DNA of 63,972 bases, the filler included, from Ministeria vibrans ATCC 50519 (taxonomy: Eukaryota > Protista > Filasterea): assembly GCA_943704425.1 (NCBI GenBank). It is 16 parts of 16 records of this genome, joined end to end, with 100 filler letters (N's around TTAATTAATTAA, not from the genome) between each part and the next. Parts side by side here need not be neighbours in the genome. Positions count along the whole stretch, not along the records: positions 52,187 to 54,506 come from CALSCP010000944.1; positions 54,607 to 56,060 come from CALSCP010000643.1; positions 56,161 to 57,868 come from CALSCP010001839.1; positions 57,969 to 62,870 come from CALSCP010002164.1; positions 62,971 to 63,972 come from CALSCP010001252.1; 11 more parts are not named here. One strand, 5' to 3'. The notes below the pieces were generated by a model that had not been told where the DNA came from, did not search any database, and saw only the letters and a program-made list of their open reading frames with translations. The first letter of the stretch is position 1, and each line of letters starts with the position of its first letter. The position numbers and the translations under genes were made by a program. Positions 52,218 through 63,972 of the stretch are shown here, in pieces.

Positions 52218-53233
52218 GTTGCAAAAAAAGAGAGGAGAAGCAAGGAGGAGCATGCGGGGCATGTGAGGCCAAGACGATAGGCATGCAAATGTAGCTCTGG
52301 CGACGGGAGCGGCGAATTGTCGAGGGAGGAGCGGAGAGGAGTGCGTCCAAGGGCGTTCGGCGAGAAGCCCCCTTCGCCGCGTGCATTGCCGTTGGACGCA
52401 AGTATGTTCGCCAATTCCGCCACCCTCAGCCCCCCACTGTCCGCCGTACTGTCGCTTGTGCCGCTCACCGCACCGCTTCAATTGGTGAAAAACAACGCAA
52501 AAGCGACTCGACAACCCAAACCCAAATACACTCAATAAAGAACACCAACGGCTTGCCCAACGGCGTGTCAAGGGCTCCACTTACCATCGTGATGCTGCAA
52601 GGAGGAATAAAAAAGGCCGCTTTTGAAATTCGCGAAATAATCCGAATTCGTTATTAATTGAGAGTTGAGACTTGTGACTTGAGTTTCTCAGATAAGTTGT
52701 AACCCCACCAAGGAACTTCCAGAGATCAAGAATGTTTGAGAAGAACAAGATCAGATTGATCCATCGGCAATGTGTCTCAGTGACGCAGCTGAAATTGATG
52801 AATGATGGACGAGAGTGGCAGTGGAGTGACATGAGAGAATTACGGTTCTTGTTGCACTCTTGTTGTAACTTTTTTTTGCCCCCTATCACCCCTAGGTATG
52901 TTTGCCCCCCCAATGACGCTTCCCCATTGATTGCCATTCCTACTATGACCTTCTTCTCAACCGAGTATATATCAACGGCGATTTTGGGCCGAATTTTGTG
53001 ACTCGAAATTGTTGCGCGCGTTCAACTTTTTGCGCGCCATTCCCCTACACGTTATTCGAGTTGTCTTTGGCCCTCTCTCTCTCTCCACACGTTGAAAACG
53101 CACCCAAGAATCCTGTAGCGCCGCTCAACGACAACGCACAAGGGAGCATTTCGCGACACTCAACAGCCGGCACTTTTGTTCTTTTGTTTCGCAGCCTGTC
53201 AAAGCTCCTCGGCCCACGCCAAACGAACAGACC

Positions 53234-54379
53234 ATGTCACAGCGCAGTTGGGATCGCGGCGAAACGCACGTAAGCGACCGCATCACGCAGGGAGACGACC
53301 AGGGCGCCACGCCGGCAGCCGCTGAGGAGAGCTTCTTGAAATTCATCCTGGAGTACCGAATCGAACAGGTCTTCGTCTACCGGTAAGCCATCGCCTGCCT
53401 GGGACTCGCAGACCGCACAGCACACTTGCGCTCCATGCTGCCGCAGTGAGGAGTGTCGACGTGCGCGTCTTTGGCGGTAGAGACAGCCAAACCTCACCAC
53501 CCAACCCTTTTGTACGTCGTCGTAGGGAGATGCTCCGTGAGCGATACCACAAGGGAAACTATTCACTCGAAGTCAGCCTCCAAGACATCAACGCCTACAA
53601 CGAAATGCTCCACAAGGCACTCAAAACACAGCCCTCGGATGCGCTTCCACTGGTACGCAAGCATTGCCCCATATCAACTCTTGACCCCATCCCTTCCTGC
53701 AGTTTGAAGCAGCAGCAAAGCGAGCTGCCGACCAAGTGATTGGGCACGGAAAGGACGTGGAAGATATTCAGATTACACTCGTCTCCGACGAGGCGCCAAA
53801 GCAAATTCGACACCTCAACGTACAATTCAATCAATCAAATAACAAACTCAAGCACTCATATGACGTTATGCTTCTTTCTCTGTGTGACTCCATTCCTGTG
53901 TAGGCTGACGACGTTGCACAGCTGGTTAAAGTGCCGGGTATTGTGATTTCAGCGTCGTCGACGCGCACCAAAGCCACAGAGCTACAGCTGCAGTGCAAGA
54001 ACTGCAAACACATTGTGCGCATGCCGGTGCGTCCGGGCTTCACGGGCGCACAGCTGCCGCGTACTTGTGGAGAGTATGCTCACCACACACTTTTTGAGAT
54101 CAACCACCTTTCCCCTGTGACCCTTTTCCTTTGGTGTGTAGGCCGCGCGTGGGCAATGAGCCGAGGTGTCCCATGGATCCGTACCAGATTGTGGGCGACA
54201 AGAGTAAGTGCGTCGACCAGCAGACACTCAAACTACAGGAGACGCCCGAAATGGTCCCCACAGGTGAACTCCCTCGCCACATCCTGCTCAGCGTCGACCG
54301 CAGTCTAACCAATCTTGTCGTGCCCGGCACCCGGGTTACTGTGCTTGCCATCTACGCCACGTTTGCCAACCGTGGAAAC
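53234..54379 (+). CDS. MCM5: DNA replication licensing factor MCM5, N-terminal part
   Basis: WDRGE start, [67 protein letters not shown]. Confidence 0.93.
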
Positions 54380-54868
54380 GTATGCAAAAACACCCTTTTT
54401 TACTCACTTTTACTCGCTTTCACTCACTTTCACTCACTTTCACTCACTTTCTACTCACTTTCACTCACTTTTTACTCACTTTTACTCACTTTTCACTCAC
54501 TTTTCANNNNNNNNNNNNNNNNNNNNNNNNNNNNNNNNNNNNNNNNNNNNTTAATTAATTAANNNNNNNNNNNNNNNNNNNNNNNNNNNNNNNNNNNNNN
54601 NNNNNNTTTGGTGCCTGTCTCTACACTTGGTATGAGAGATGAATGCAGCACAAATCCACTTGAGAGTGTTGAGCACGGTAGACACACGGGAGAGATGAAG
54701 GGAGGAGTATGTGTTGGAAGGAGGGAGTGAGGGAGAGAGGAAAGCGAACTTTGGAAAAAGTGAATGGTCAACCCAACAGGAAAAAGGGCGATAGAGACGC
54801 AGAGACAGGGGGAAGGGGAGGGAGGAGGGGGGCGGCGGACAGTGCGGCAGGGGGTCTGCGGGGCGTAC

Positions 54869-55145
54869 CGATGGCGTAGATGGGCACCATCAGGAGAATG
54901 CGCACAATGCGACGCTGCATGTCGGGCCGGCGGTAGTTGGTGAGGTGCTTGACGATGTGGTAGGTGGAGACGCAGACGGCCGCCATGGCAAACGCCCCTG
55001 CGATCCAGAAAAGCACCGCCCGAACATACAACTTGTTTGGGCCGATCAGCGGAAGTTCGGGCGTGGGAGTCGCGGACGCCGTCGCCACAGCCGCCGCAAG
55101 CTCCGTTGCCATCATCGTCGGCAGTGACGGCAGCGATGTTTCCAT
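54869..55145 (-). CDS. TMEM184: TMEM184/OST-alpha family protein, first exon
   Basis: HIVKHLTNYRRPDMQRRIVRILLMVPIYAI. Confidence 0.88.
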
Positions 55146-55270
55146 CTTCTTGCAAAAGACGGACCGAAAAATAAAAATGGGAATTGATTATTGATTATTT
55201 GATTCCGACTTCGAATATATTTTATAATTTATATTTTTTTCGGACTGTTCGCTCACAAGACGGTTTCACA

Positions 55271-55905
55271 ATGAGCTCTCTTGCGGTGGCTGACAGCGCG
55301 TCACTGGATGCGATCTTTGCCAGTGCGGCGGCCAACGAGTATGATCCGGAGATGCTGACCAAAGTGAAAGACGATTGGATTGCAAAGCAACTGACAGTGC
55401 GCCGCGACGAATTCACCAACAATGTCCCCCTGCGGTACGTCGGTGGGCTGTACAGTGCGTTGCCGTGGCGGCGCAACCCGCCCGCTCGCCGGAAGACTCT
55501 TCTTTTGGGCGATTCAAACATTATCAGTATTGGTTTGTCGACTGACTAATTATTCTTTCGACCCACTTTCGTTTTCTGTAGCGTTCTCGTTGGCTCGTGG
55601 AATGTCAACGGGAAAGTCATCAAGGATGACTTGCGTCCGTGGCTGTTGCGTGACGAAAATCCGCCAGACGTTTACGTTATTGGGTACTCAAAGTCGAAAT
55701 GGACTTTTTCTGAACTGTCTCTCCTCTCTTTCGTTCTCTCTCTCTCCCTCTCCCTCTCTTTCTCTCTCTCTCTTGTGTTCTCGACGACAGCTTCCAAGAG
55801 TTGGACTTGAGTGCTGAAGCGTTTGTGTTCAACAACAGCCCACTGGAAGAAGAGTGGACTCGACGGATCGGGAGTGTGCTGAACGAACGGGGCGCATACA
55901 CCAAG
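55271..55905 (+). CDS. OCRL: Inositol polyphosphate 5-phosphatase, OCRL/INPP5B-like, 5' part
   Basis: VGSWNVNG, PWL..PPDVYVIG|FQELDLSAEAF. Confidence 0.85.
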
Positions 55906-56060
55906 GTAGACTCGTGCGGAGAATTATCAGTGTTCGGGGGTTGGCGAGGGGGGGGTGTCTGTGTGTATGTGTTTGTGGTGTGTGTGTGTAGACTCGCGCG
56001 GAGAATTATCAGTGTTCGGGGGTTGGCGAGGGGGGGGTGTCTGTGTGTATGTGTTTGTGG
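55906..56060. repeat. ~82 bp tandem duplication at the start of an OCRL intron
   Basis: gtagactcg(t/c)gcggagaattatcagtgttcgggg..tgtgtttgtgg occurs twice. Confidence 0.85.
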
Positions 56061-56160
56061 NNNNNNNNNNNNNNNNNNNNNNNNNNNNNNNNNNNNNNNN
56101 NNNNTTAATTAATTAANNNNNNNNNNNNNNNNNNNNNNNNNNNNNNNNNNNNNNNNNNNN

Positions 56161-56194
<34 letters not shown>

Positions 56195-56203
56195 AGTGAT
56201 AGA

Positions 56204-56286
<83 letters not shown>

Positions 56287-56574
56287 AGTGAGAGAGAGAG
56301 AGAGAAACAAAGTGATAGAGAGAGAGAGAAACAAAGTGATAGAGAGAGTGAGAAAGAGAAAAGTAGAAGGGTAAAACAAAGTGATAGAGAGAGAGAGAGA
56401 GAGAAATAGGAGGTGAAACAAAGTGATAGAGAGAGAGAAAGAGAAAAACAGGAGGTGAAACAAAGTGAGAGAGAGAGGAGGGAGAAAGTAACAAAAAGAA
56501 TAGAGGCAACAAAACGAGTCGGAACAATAACAGTCAACAGCAAATACTCAATGCTTTTTCGTCTCATTCTCAAA

Positions 56575-57088
56575 CCTGGAGGAATAGCAATGCGACTCGA
56601 CGCCAGACCCAAAATTCCATCCAACGGAGTGTCTATAATGCACAGAGAATATTCAATCCCTCTTTTGTCCTATTGTTTCGATTTGTTCTCTACCTTCAAA
56701 GAATTTGGCGACAATGTTTCCTTCTCCCAAAGGCGTATTGGGCGCACTAACTCCGCCAAGAGAAATGGTGTCGTTGACGTAGTCTCCTGCAACGTATCCT
56801 GTGCCGTACGGCAGAAAGAATTTGGCACCTACAACCCCCCAAAAGAAAGTCAGCCCTAACCCTAACCCTAACCCCAAACCCTCGAAAATAATTAATACCA
56901 TTGTGCTTCACGGTTGACGAGGAGCGGTTGGAGTAGCGGTGCTTGCCGTGGCAGCCGGCGGACTCACAGGCCTCCGAGGGGACCCACAGGTTGGAGCTGC
57001 CCGTGTCCATGACAACAACAAAGGGCCCCTGCTGCGGCGTCCCCGCTGAGATGTTCGCCGTGAAGATCTCGTCAATGAAGTTTTCCAC

Positions 57089-57182
<94 letters not shown>

Positions 57183-57528
57183 TTATGAGCAATTATGAGC
57201 AACCCAACAACACAAGTTTGTTCATTTGTCTCTCACTTACTCGGAACAATGGGATGCGCTGCTGTAGCCTCAGCACCCACAAGAGTGTTGGCAGCCCGCT
57301 GAGCCCAAGAGGGCGCCGTGCGCATTGGAGCGATTCCCTGCAGAAGAGAGAAGGAGAGAGTGAGAGGAGTGAGCGGATGTCATCCTAACACCCAAAACAA
57401 ACCTTCTGGCGCTCACGGAGCGACTTGGACACGCCGCCACTCGGCCGGACTGAGCCGAGTGACAGGTTGAGTGTCTGAGCAGACGTGGAGACAACAAGAG
57501 CGACCAAGGTGGCGAGAACGAGCTTCAT
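56575..57528 (-). CDS. Secreted pepsin-family (A1) aspartic protease, 5' part
   Basis: Signal peptide MKLVLATLVALVV, GTPQQ..VVMDTGSSNLWVPS..C..GC, YGTG, DGILGLA. Confidence 0.92.
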
Positions 57529-58015
57529 AACAAATTATTGTGAGAGTGAATTCACTTATTTCACACTCACTGAATTGTGATCTGAATTAAGTGAATTCTG
57601 ATTTTCAATTACTTGCTCTGATCGCAGCTCAGCCATGGGTTCTCTGGCTATTGGCATTTTAAAACATACAGTACACACGACATAGGTCAGAGTGGTGACC
57701 GATAAAGCCAATTTTGTCTACAATCTCCCTCTCTCTCTCACAGCGAAACATTAGTTGATCAGACCTGATCGCCAATTGTTGAACTCATTTATATTGTGAT
57801 GTCTTCTGACGCTCTCCGGTTCAGCGGCCACGAGTGCCTGCGCACGGTACGCCCTCCCGCCCGCCCCCNNNNNNNNNNNNNNNNNNNNNNNNNNNNNNNN
57901 NNNNNNNNNNNNTTAATTAATTAANNNNNNNNNNNNNNNNNNNNNNNNNNNNNNNNNNNNNNNNNNNNCCCCCCCCCGTCTGGAACGTTAAGCAGGATAT
58001 CAGAAATGAACTTAC

Positions 58016-58531
58016 AAAAGTATCAAAGGCCAAGGGCTGATTGAATAACATTGTTTCTGCAAACATGAATGCCATGTCAATGACACCCTAAAAACGAGGG
58101 ACGGATTTTAGATACTTAGTGGCGCAACACGATTGAAAAAAAAAACACGGTGCTATGCCGAGCACAAAATTATTTGTGTACCGTGGTATCCCAGTCTGAA
58201 AGATTTCCGCGATGATCGATGCCACTCGACTGAAACATGGCACGAAGACTTGTGGTTCCGGCAAGATTGAGCGTGTCTTGTGCGGTAATTACAAAGTTAA
58301 CGCAGCCATGAAAGTATCCTCCCTCCAGATGATTTCCCACTCGAGCTGAGCCCCACTGTTGCACTTCGCGAATCAAAAGTTTGTCTCCGGTATTTGCAAA
58401 TCGAAACCCAACAAAAGTTCCGAGAATCTGCGCAATCATAATTAAATTTTGATGAGTTAAAAGATCCTCAAAAAACCACCAGATTTAGCACATGAAAAAA
58501 TAATAAGAAAAGAATAATAAAAAATATAAAA

Positions 58532-58565
<34 letters not shown>

Positions 58566-59006
58566 TTATTATTATTATTTATTATGATGATTATATTTTT
58601 GTTATTGTAATAGTTATGATTCTTATGACAATTATGATTCCTATGATTATACTATAATAATTCTTCTGACCGTTATTGTGTAGGTTCCTGCCACAGCGTA
58701 AGTGTGAGTGCGTTTTGGTGAGTCATAGCTTGTGATGGTGTCAGCCAGGCTGCCATCGCCCCAGCTGACAGAAAACGCATACACTCCAGTGTCCATCAAA
58801 GGTAATGTAACAGTACTAAACGCGCTATCGGTCTGCCATAAAGTCACGAAAGCTGCCGGTCGCTCGCAATTGTCCCCAATGAATTCGTTCGTGCACACAC
58901 AAGAGTAGAAGTTAACTGAGAACAAGTGAGTCAGTAGGTCATTGGAAAAAAGCGGGAAAGGCGAGTTTTCTTGCAAAGCACGATTAATGATACTAATATT
59001 CAAACG

Positions 59007-59043
<37 letters not shown>

Positions 59044-59094
59044 AAGTTATTATAATAATTATTATTAGTAAACTGTTATTATTAATAATAATAA

Positions 59095-59143
<49 letters not shown>

Positions 59144-60479
59144 TATAATGATAATAATAATAATAATTATAATGATAAGAATAAGAGACGAAATGGTAAT
59201 AATAATAATTAACTATTACCATCAACATAAATAATTAATATGGGTTAATGGCCTTTTTTCGAGACAGTGTACGGCGAAAGAATTGTTCTACTCGCTGTTT
59301 TGCATTTTAGCTCTCTAATTCAATCCTCTTGACAATAACAATTTGAATGTGTTCAGCATGAGCAAGCCACGCATGCACACTTTCAAGTGCATGGCGTGGT
59401 TTTGAGGACATGCGCCATTTTTTATGACTGGAATATTAAAACGATAAGAAGAAGAATAAAATTCTTAATAAGAAAAAAATTAATAGAGAATAGACAGCGA
59501 ACTCAATGTCAAAACAAGACAATATACAAAACAAGCAGCACAATACTTCCGACGTTGACACAATATTAGAAAAAGAATATAATATTAAGAGAAGAACAAG
59601 AAGAAGAATACAACCCATTTTTAATGGAAGAAGTAAACATTTCTAATTTATTATCAATCACAATTATTATCAATCACAAACGATAAGCGATGACACAAAC
59701 AGCTCAACGTCACTTAATATGAATTAGAAGAACACAACCCATTATTAAAATTAATTAGATTAAAATTAAGTAAAATTAAGTAGAAGAAGAAGTGCAACCC
59801 ATTATTCAAAAGTCTCGTTTTTTTTACCTGATACTTCGGAGCAACTTCCCCCATTTTCACACGGCGATGAAGCACATTCAGAAAGGTCCATAGTGCAATC
59901 TGCTCCAGTATATCCCATAGCACAGACGCAGGTGTAGGAACCTAGGTTGTCTTGGCATACGCCACTATTTTGACAGGGCGCGGACGCACACTCGTTGATA
60001 TCAGTTTCACAAAAAACGCCAGTATGTCCGAGTGCGCAAATACATGTGAAGTTTCCGGCTTTGTTGTTACACAGACCTCCATTGCCACAGGGTGACGATT
60101 TGCACTCATCCACGTCCTCTTCACACAGCATGCCGCTGTATCCAGACGTGCACATGCAGAGGAATTCTTGACCATTGTCGTAGCATTTTCCGCCATTCTG
60201 GCATGGTTGCGATTCGCAGGCCTCACCGAGGGTAACGACAATCTGCTCTAGATACGAAATACGATCTTGCAGCTGCTGGACCAAAGAAGACATTTTGGGG
60301 TCGGTGAGGACTTTCGCTCCATTTATAAAAATATCGCTTGATGAGTGAACAGAGCAGTTGGCGGCAGGCAAAAGCACGATATCGCCGTCACTGTTGTAGA
60401 TGGCGGTATCACTTGGTGTCGAGGCACCAAATGCTGCAAGAAAGAACGCGGCGAGAACGACAACGATTGCGAACTTCAT
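58016..60479 (-). CDS. Secreted chimeric protein: cubilin-like head + coiled coil + 4 EGF + PKD + BspA/DUF285 surface repeats (3' partial)
   Basis: Exons ~60479-59829, 58915-58671, 58428-58182 and 58088-58017 join via GT-AG in frame: ..NCERPAAFVTLWQT..SVSWGDG..THTYAVAGTYTIT|ILG..DKLLIREVQQWG..FHGCVNF..SLRAMF..LSDWDTT|GVIDMAFMFAE..FNQPL. Confidence 0.82.
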
Positions 60480-60534
60480 GAGCAAAAAACGAGTGAAAGT
60501 CAAAACCCAACCCCCACCCATTTTAAACTATTAA

Positions 60535-62660
60535 CTAACCCACCCATTTCAAATCCTTGCAAACCTTTTTTTCGCTCATGTCGCTCATGTCGCTCCACTC
60601 TTCGTTCTCTCTATTCTCGCCAAGCTCAACTAGCGTGCTCAGTTCGCTTTTTGGACACGTCTTTTTGTAATGTCCAAGCTGGCCGCAAGTCTGGCATAGG
60701 CGCCCGCCGCGGCTCTTGGTTTTGCCCTCATCGCCTGCGTCACCCGTCGGCGGATTGGGCGCAGCCGATGCGGGGGTTGCAGGTGTCGTTGAGGTGGTTG
60801 TAGTTGTACTGTTGATATAGTTGTAGTTGTTGCGGAGCTGCTCTGCTTTTTGTTGATCTTGCCCAGCATGGCAAGAAAAATTTGCTTGGACGTGAGCTTC
60901 ACCGGCGCCGAGCGCTCCACAGTGTTGACGAGATTCGGCGTCTGGACAATGTAGAAAAGGTACCTCCACCGTGATCCACAGCGGCGCCTTGATGTTGGGC
61001 GCCGCTCGCAGGTTGCTGGTCGGCGGCACGGACATCGCAATGTTTCGGAGGCGCACGCAGCTGTTGACTCGGGAAAGACAGTCGAGAACTCGTCGCCGCA
61101 GCGGAGCCCAAAAGTTTTGACAACCCAAATCACGTGAGTGCACGGGAGAATGTCGACTGCGTTGCGGCCGCACGAGCACCAAGACAACCGCGGTGTGGCC
61201 TCAGCCAGATCCACTTCAATCGTGCGCCTCGGGCAGTCGTGGCTGGTGACGTGAACGCGCTCGTTGTCCAGCTGCATGAGTCGGAGGTTGCTGGCACCCC
61301 ATAGCGCACGGCCGTTGTACTCCTTGTTCATTACAGCTGACGCCAAGAAGTTGCGCGGCCGAACGATTTCGCTTGGTCAATGCGTGCCGCAGCGTCCTCC
61401 ACCAACCTTCGCACCGTTTCGAGTGGCCAGCCCTGCCGCTTCTCCTCGCTGGCAGCAGCAAACACAGTCTCAGCGTCGTTGCTCGTTGTGTTGCCGAATG
61501 GATTGAAGCGTTTTCCAATCACGCTCGCAGCCCACTCTCTCGTCGGATGACCATCGGTGATGTACTTGTAGCTCTTCTTGCTCAGTCGCTGGATAGCAGC
61601 CATCGCGTCCTCGAACACGAGCGTGTCTGGGGTGTTGGCAGCGACCTCGAAGTGCTGCATGATGACGGTCCGATCCGCCTTGGTCACATCGACGCAACCC
61701 GCAAAGATTGCACTTGAAGTGGATTGATTACAAATGATCTTGATGCCGCCGTGGTGCCGTGTGAACTGCACATGCGCTTCCATGGTCTCGAGCACCCGCT
61801 TCGCCTCCTCAGCGCTCTCCTTCTCCACCACAGCGACAGCGACCAACACTCGCGACTGCGAGAACGTGCGCGCAGTGACGACGGCTAAGCTCCCGATGCA
61901 AGACGTTGTCGCCGCCGGACGTCCCATGTATCGGCGTTTGTTCACCGTGTTCCCATTCTCGTCTGTTGCCGGGTGCTTCCGCTGGCCACCGTTTTTGCCG
62001 GCACGGCTCGCCGCAAGGCGCGTGTCGACTTTGTCTTCGTCTTTGCCACCACTCTCGTTCTCCTCGTCGTCTTCCTCCGCATCATCGTCACGTCCATGTC
62101 CCGCGCCAGCATGCCCGTAGGCGCCGTCAATGTGAGCATGAAGAAACGATTCGACGCTGCGGACGCGTCTGCCGAGATATCCGAAGTCAATGCAGACAAT
62201 GTCGCTGATGAAGCCGCTGCTCAGCATTCGGATAGTCGATCCAGGGCCGGAACGTGGCGCAGCCATCTGCACCCGCCTCGTACATGCCCAAGTTGAGAGT
62301 GACGGTCTTGTTGAAGGCTTCGATGTAGGCACAGAGAGCGCCCCACGGCTCAGCGTGCGTGGTCGCCGCGAAATTTGGTGGAAGCGACAGTAACGCCGCG
62401 ACGCAGCACCGCTGCGAGCCTTCGTTGCATTGGTGGGTTTGCCGGAAAGCGTCGTACCGAACGGGCAGCGTTGGCCACGGCGCTGACCAACAGCGACGGG
62501 TTGCGGCGGACGTTGCTGCGGTTGACGAGTGGGTCGCATGTGTGGACGAGGTTGGAGTAGAGGACGACGAATTCGCTGCCTCGGGCGCGTGCACGTACGT
62601 GGAAAGTGCAGCCGGCTTCGGGCACGTGCGTAGACTCCTTAGAACGTGCACCGACACCGC
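60535..62660 (-). mobile_element. Degenerate Mutator/MULE transposase (frameshifted)
   Basis: In order: MuDR-type DNA-binding finger GCTFHVRAR..F.V..HTC; CIDFGY (first D); AVAVVEKESAE; IICNQ (second D read as N); TTSNDAETVF (E); SWIM CSCG..ILPCTHVI; zinc knuckle CQTCGQLGHYKKTC, spread over several frames. Confidence 0.85.
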
Positions 62661-62669
62661 CGGGCGCAA

Positions 62670-62870
62670 CACACCTTTTCATCGTGCTGATGGATCGAAT
62701 GGAGAAGCCACCGTTGCCGACGACGCCGCCGTCCGAGGAACGTGTCGTCTTGGGGTTCCCGCCCATGTCCCATGGGGCGCCCAAATAGTCATATTGCATG
62801 TACTCATCGATGCCGGGGCGGAGCAACAGGCAGTCGGTGTGCAGAAAGAGAATGTGATCGCGCACCACCG
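62670..62870 (-). CDS. DUF5672-type (putative glycosyltransferase) fragment, intronless, 5' cut by the contig end
   Basis: HILFLHTDCLL..IDEYMQYDYLGAPW..VGNGGFSIRS signature. Confidence 0.7.
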
Positions 62871-63032
62871 NNNNNNNNNNNNNNNNNNNNNNNNNNNNNN
62901 NNNNNNNNNNNNNNTTAATTAATTAANNNNNNNNNNNNNNNNNNNNNNNNNNNNNNNNNNNNNNNNNNNNATGTCACAAAAAAAAAAAAAAAAAGCGAGT
63001 CTCTAATGATGTTCTTTTTTCTTGCTGTCCAG

Positions 63033-63972
63033 GCCGCTGAGATGCTTCAGGTGGACCGTGTTGCGCTGGAAAAGGCGCTGACAACGCGCACGTCGTCGGC
63101 GGGAACAGAAAAGATTGTCAAGAGCTACAATGTGGCACAGGCGTGCGAGGCGCGCGATGCCATGAGCAAGGCCATCTACCAGAAGATGTTTGTGGGTCTG
63201 GTCGGCAAGATCAACCTGCTGCTCTTTGAGGCGGCCATCAGCGAGGACCAACAGGGCACCAGCATTGGCATTCTTGATATTTTCGGCTTTGAGAACTTCA
63301 AGAAGAACTCGTTTGAGCAGCTTTGCATCAACGTTGCCAACGAGAACCTCCAACACTACTTCAACCAGGTAATGCCATGGTTGGGCACCAAAAAGAAACA
63401 CGCGAATCTCATGTATTGATGTCTCGTTACATTTGTAGTACATCTTTACGTGGGAGCAAGAGGAGTACGAGCGCGAGGGCATCAACTGGAAGGCGATTGA
63501 CTTTATTGACAACAGCCGTTGCATTGACCTGCTTTTGTCCAAGCTTGGTTTGCTCGCTCTCTGCGACGAAGAATCTCACTTCCCGTCTGCCAGCGACAAG
63601 TCGATGGTTGCCAAATTTACCAGCAACCACAAGAGCAACCCTATCTTCTCGGTGCCTCCGGGTGACGATGTTGCCTTTATTGTGTCTCACTACGCTGGTG
63701 ACGTGCGCTACGACGCGCATGGCTTCCTTGAGAAGAACCGCGATGCGCTCGCCGACTCGCTCGTTGCCATGGTCCTTGCGACCAAGCGCAAGTTCCTCCA
63801 GAAGGTGTTCAAGGACTCCATTATGGAGAGCGCCCAGAACTCCAAGAAGGGCAAGAAGGAAGCCAGCACGGTGGCCGCCACCTTCAAGGGCTCCCTCCGT
63901 GACCTCATGATGAAAATTTACTCCGCCACCCCTCACTTTGTCCGTTGCGTCAAGCCGAACAGGGTAAAAAAA
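63033..63972 (+). CDS. Unconventional myosin motor domain (most like class III), partial; intron 63369-63438
   Basis: SIGILDIFGFENFKKNSFEQLCINVANE, CDEESHFP, HYAGDVRY..FLEKNRD, STVAATFKGSLRDLM..PHFVRCVKPN. Confidence 0.9.

Noticed and set aside
52214-52940. Short ORFs upstream of and opposite to MCM5
   Set aside because: Probably the 5' part of a divergent gene (ATG|gtaagt near 52586), but I could not establish a frame or family

Overview
Intron-rich eukaryotic DNA, most likely from a unicellular holozoan (choanoflagellate-like). This rests on SRCR/EGF receptors, EPTP repeats, MVP, class I and III-like myosins, a DYRK1 and the flagellum-associated EVG1 gene. The window is not one locus: it is about 17 short contigs or scaffolds joined by an artificial N-TTAATTAATTAA-N spacer, so neighbourhoods mean something only within a contig. 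Most genes are compact, GT-AG-spliced housekeeping genes, often partial: SMC5, KIAA1143, a sugar transporter, VPS4, UFSP2, ZnT, DNAJC25, a calponin-type protein, ZNF593, COA3, DYRK1, GRAMD1, MVP, MCM5, TMEM184, OCRL/INPP5B, a pepsin-family protease and myosins. Four things stand out. (1) A >4,400-aa type-I surface receptor combining an unrecognised ~270-aa repeat, 11 SRCR domains, a copper-less prokaryote-style cupredoxin, ~50 EGF repeats and a ZU5-like domain. (2) Two secreted proteins on different contigs share a cubilin-like N-terminal head but have different bodies: an EPTP propeller in one, and EGF plus a bacterial-type PKD/BspA (DUF285) region carrying spliceosomal introns in the other. 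Both sit in mobile-looking contexts, which suggests a modular secreted adhesin family. (3) A decayed Mutator (MULE) transposase fused in frame to a DUF5672 glycosyltransferase-like fragment. (4) A ~3.4-kb insertion bounded by a duplicated gene 3' end. All family assignments come from motif recognition by eye; no searches were run.
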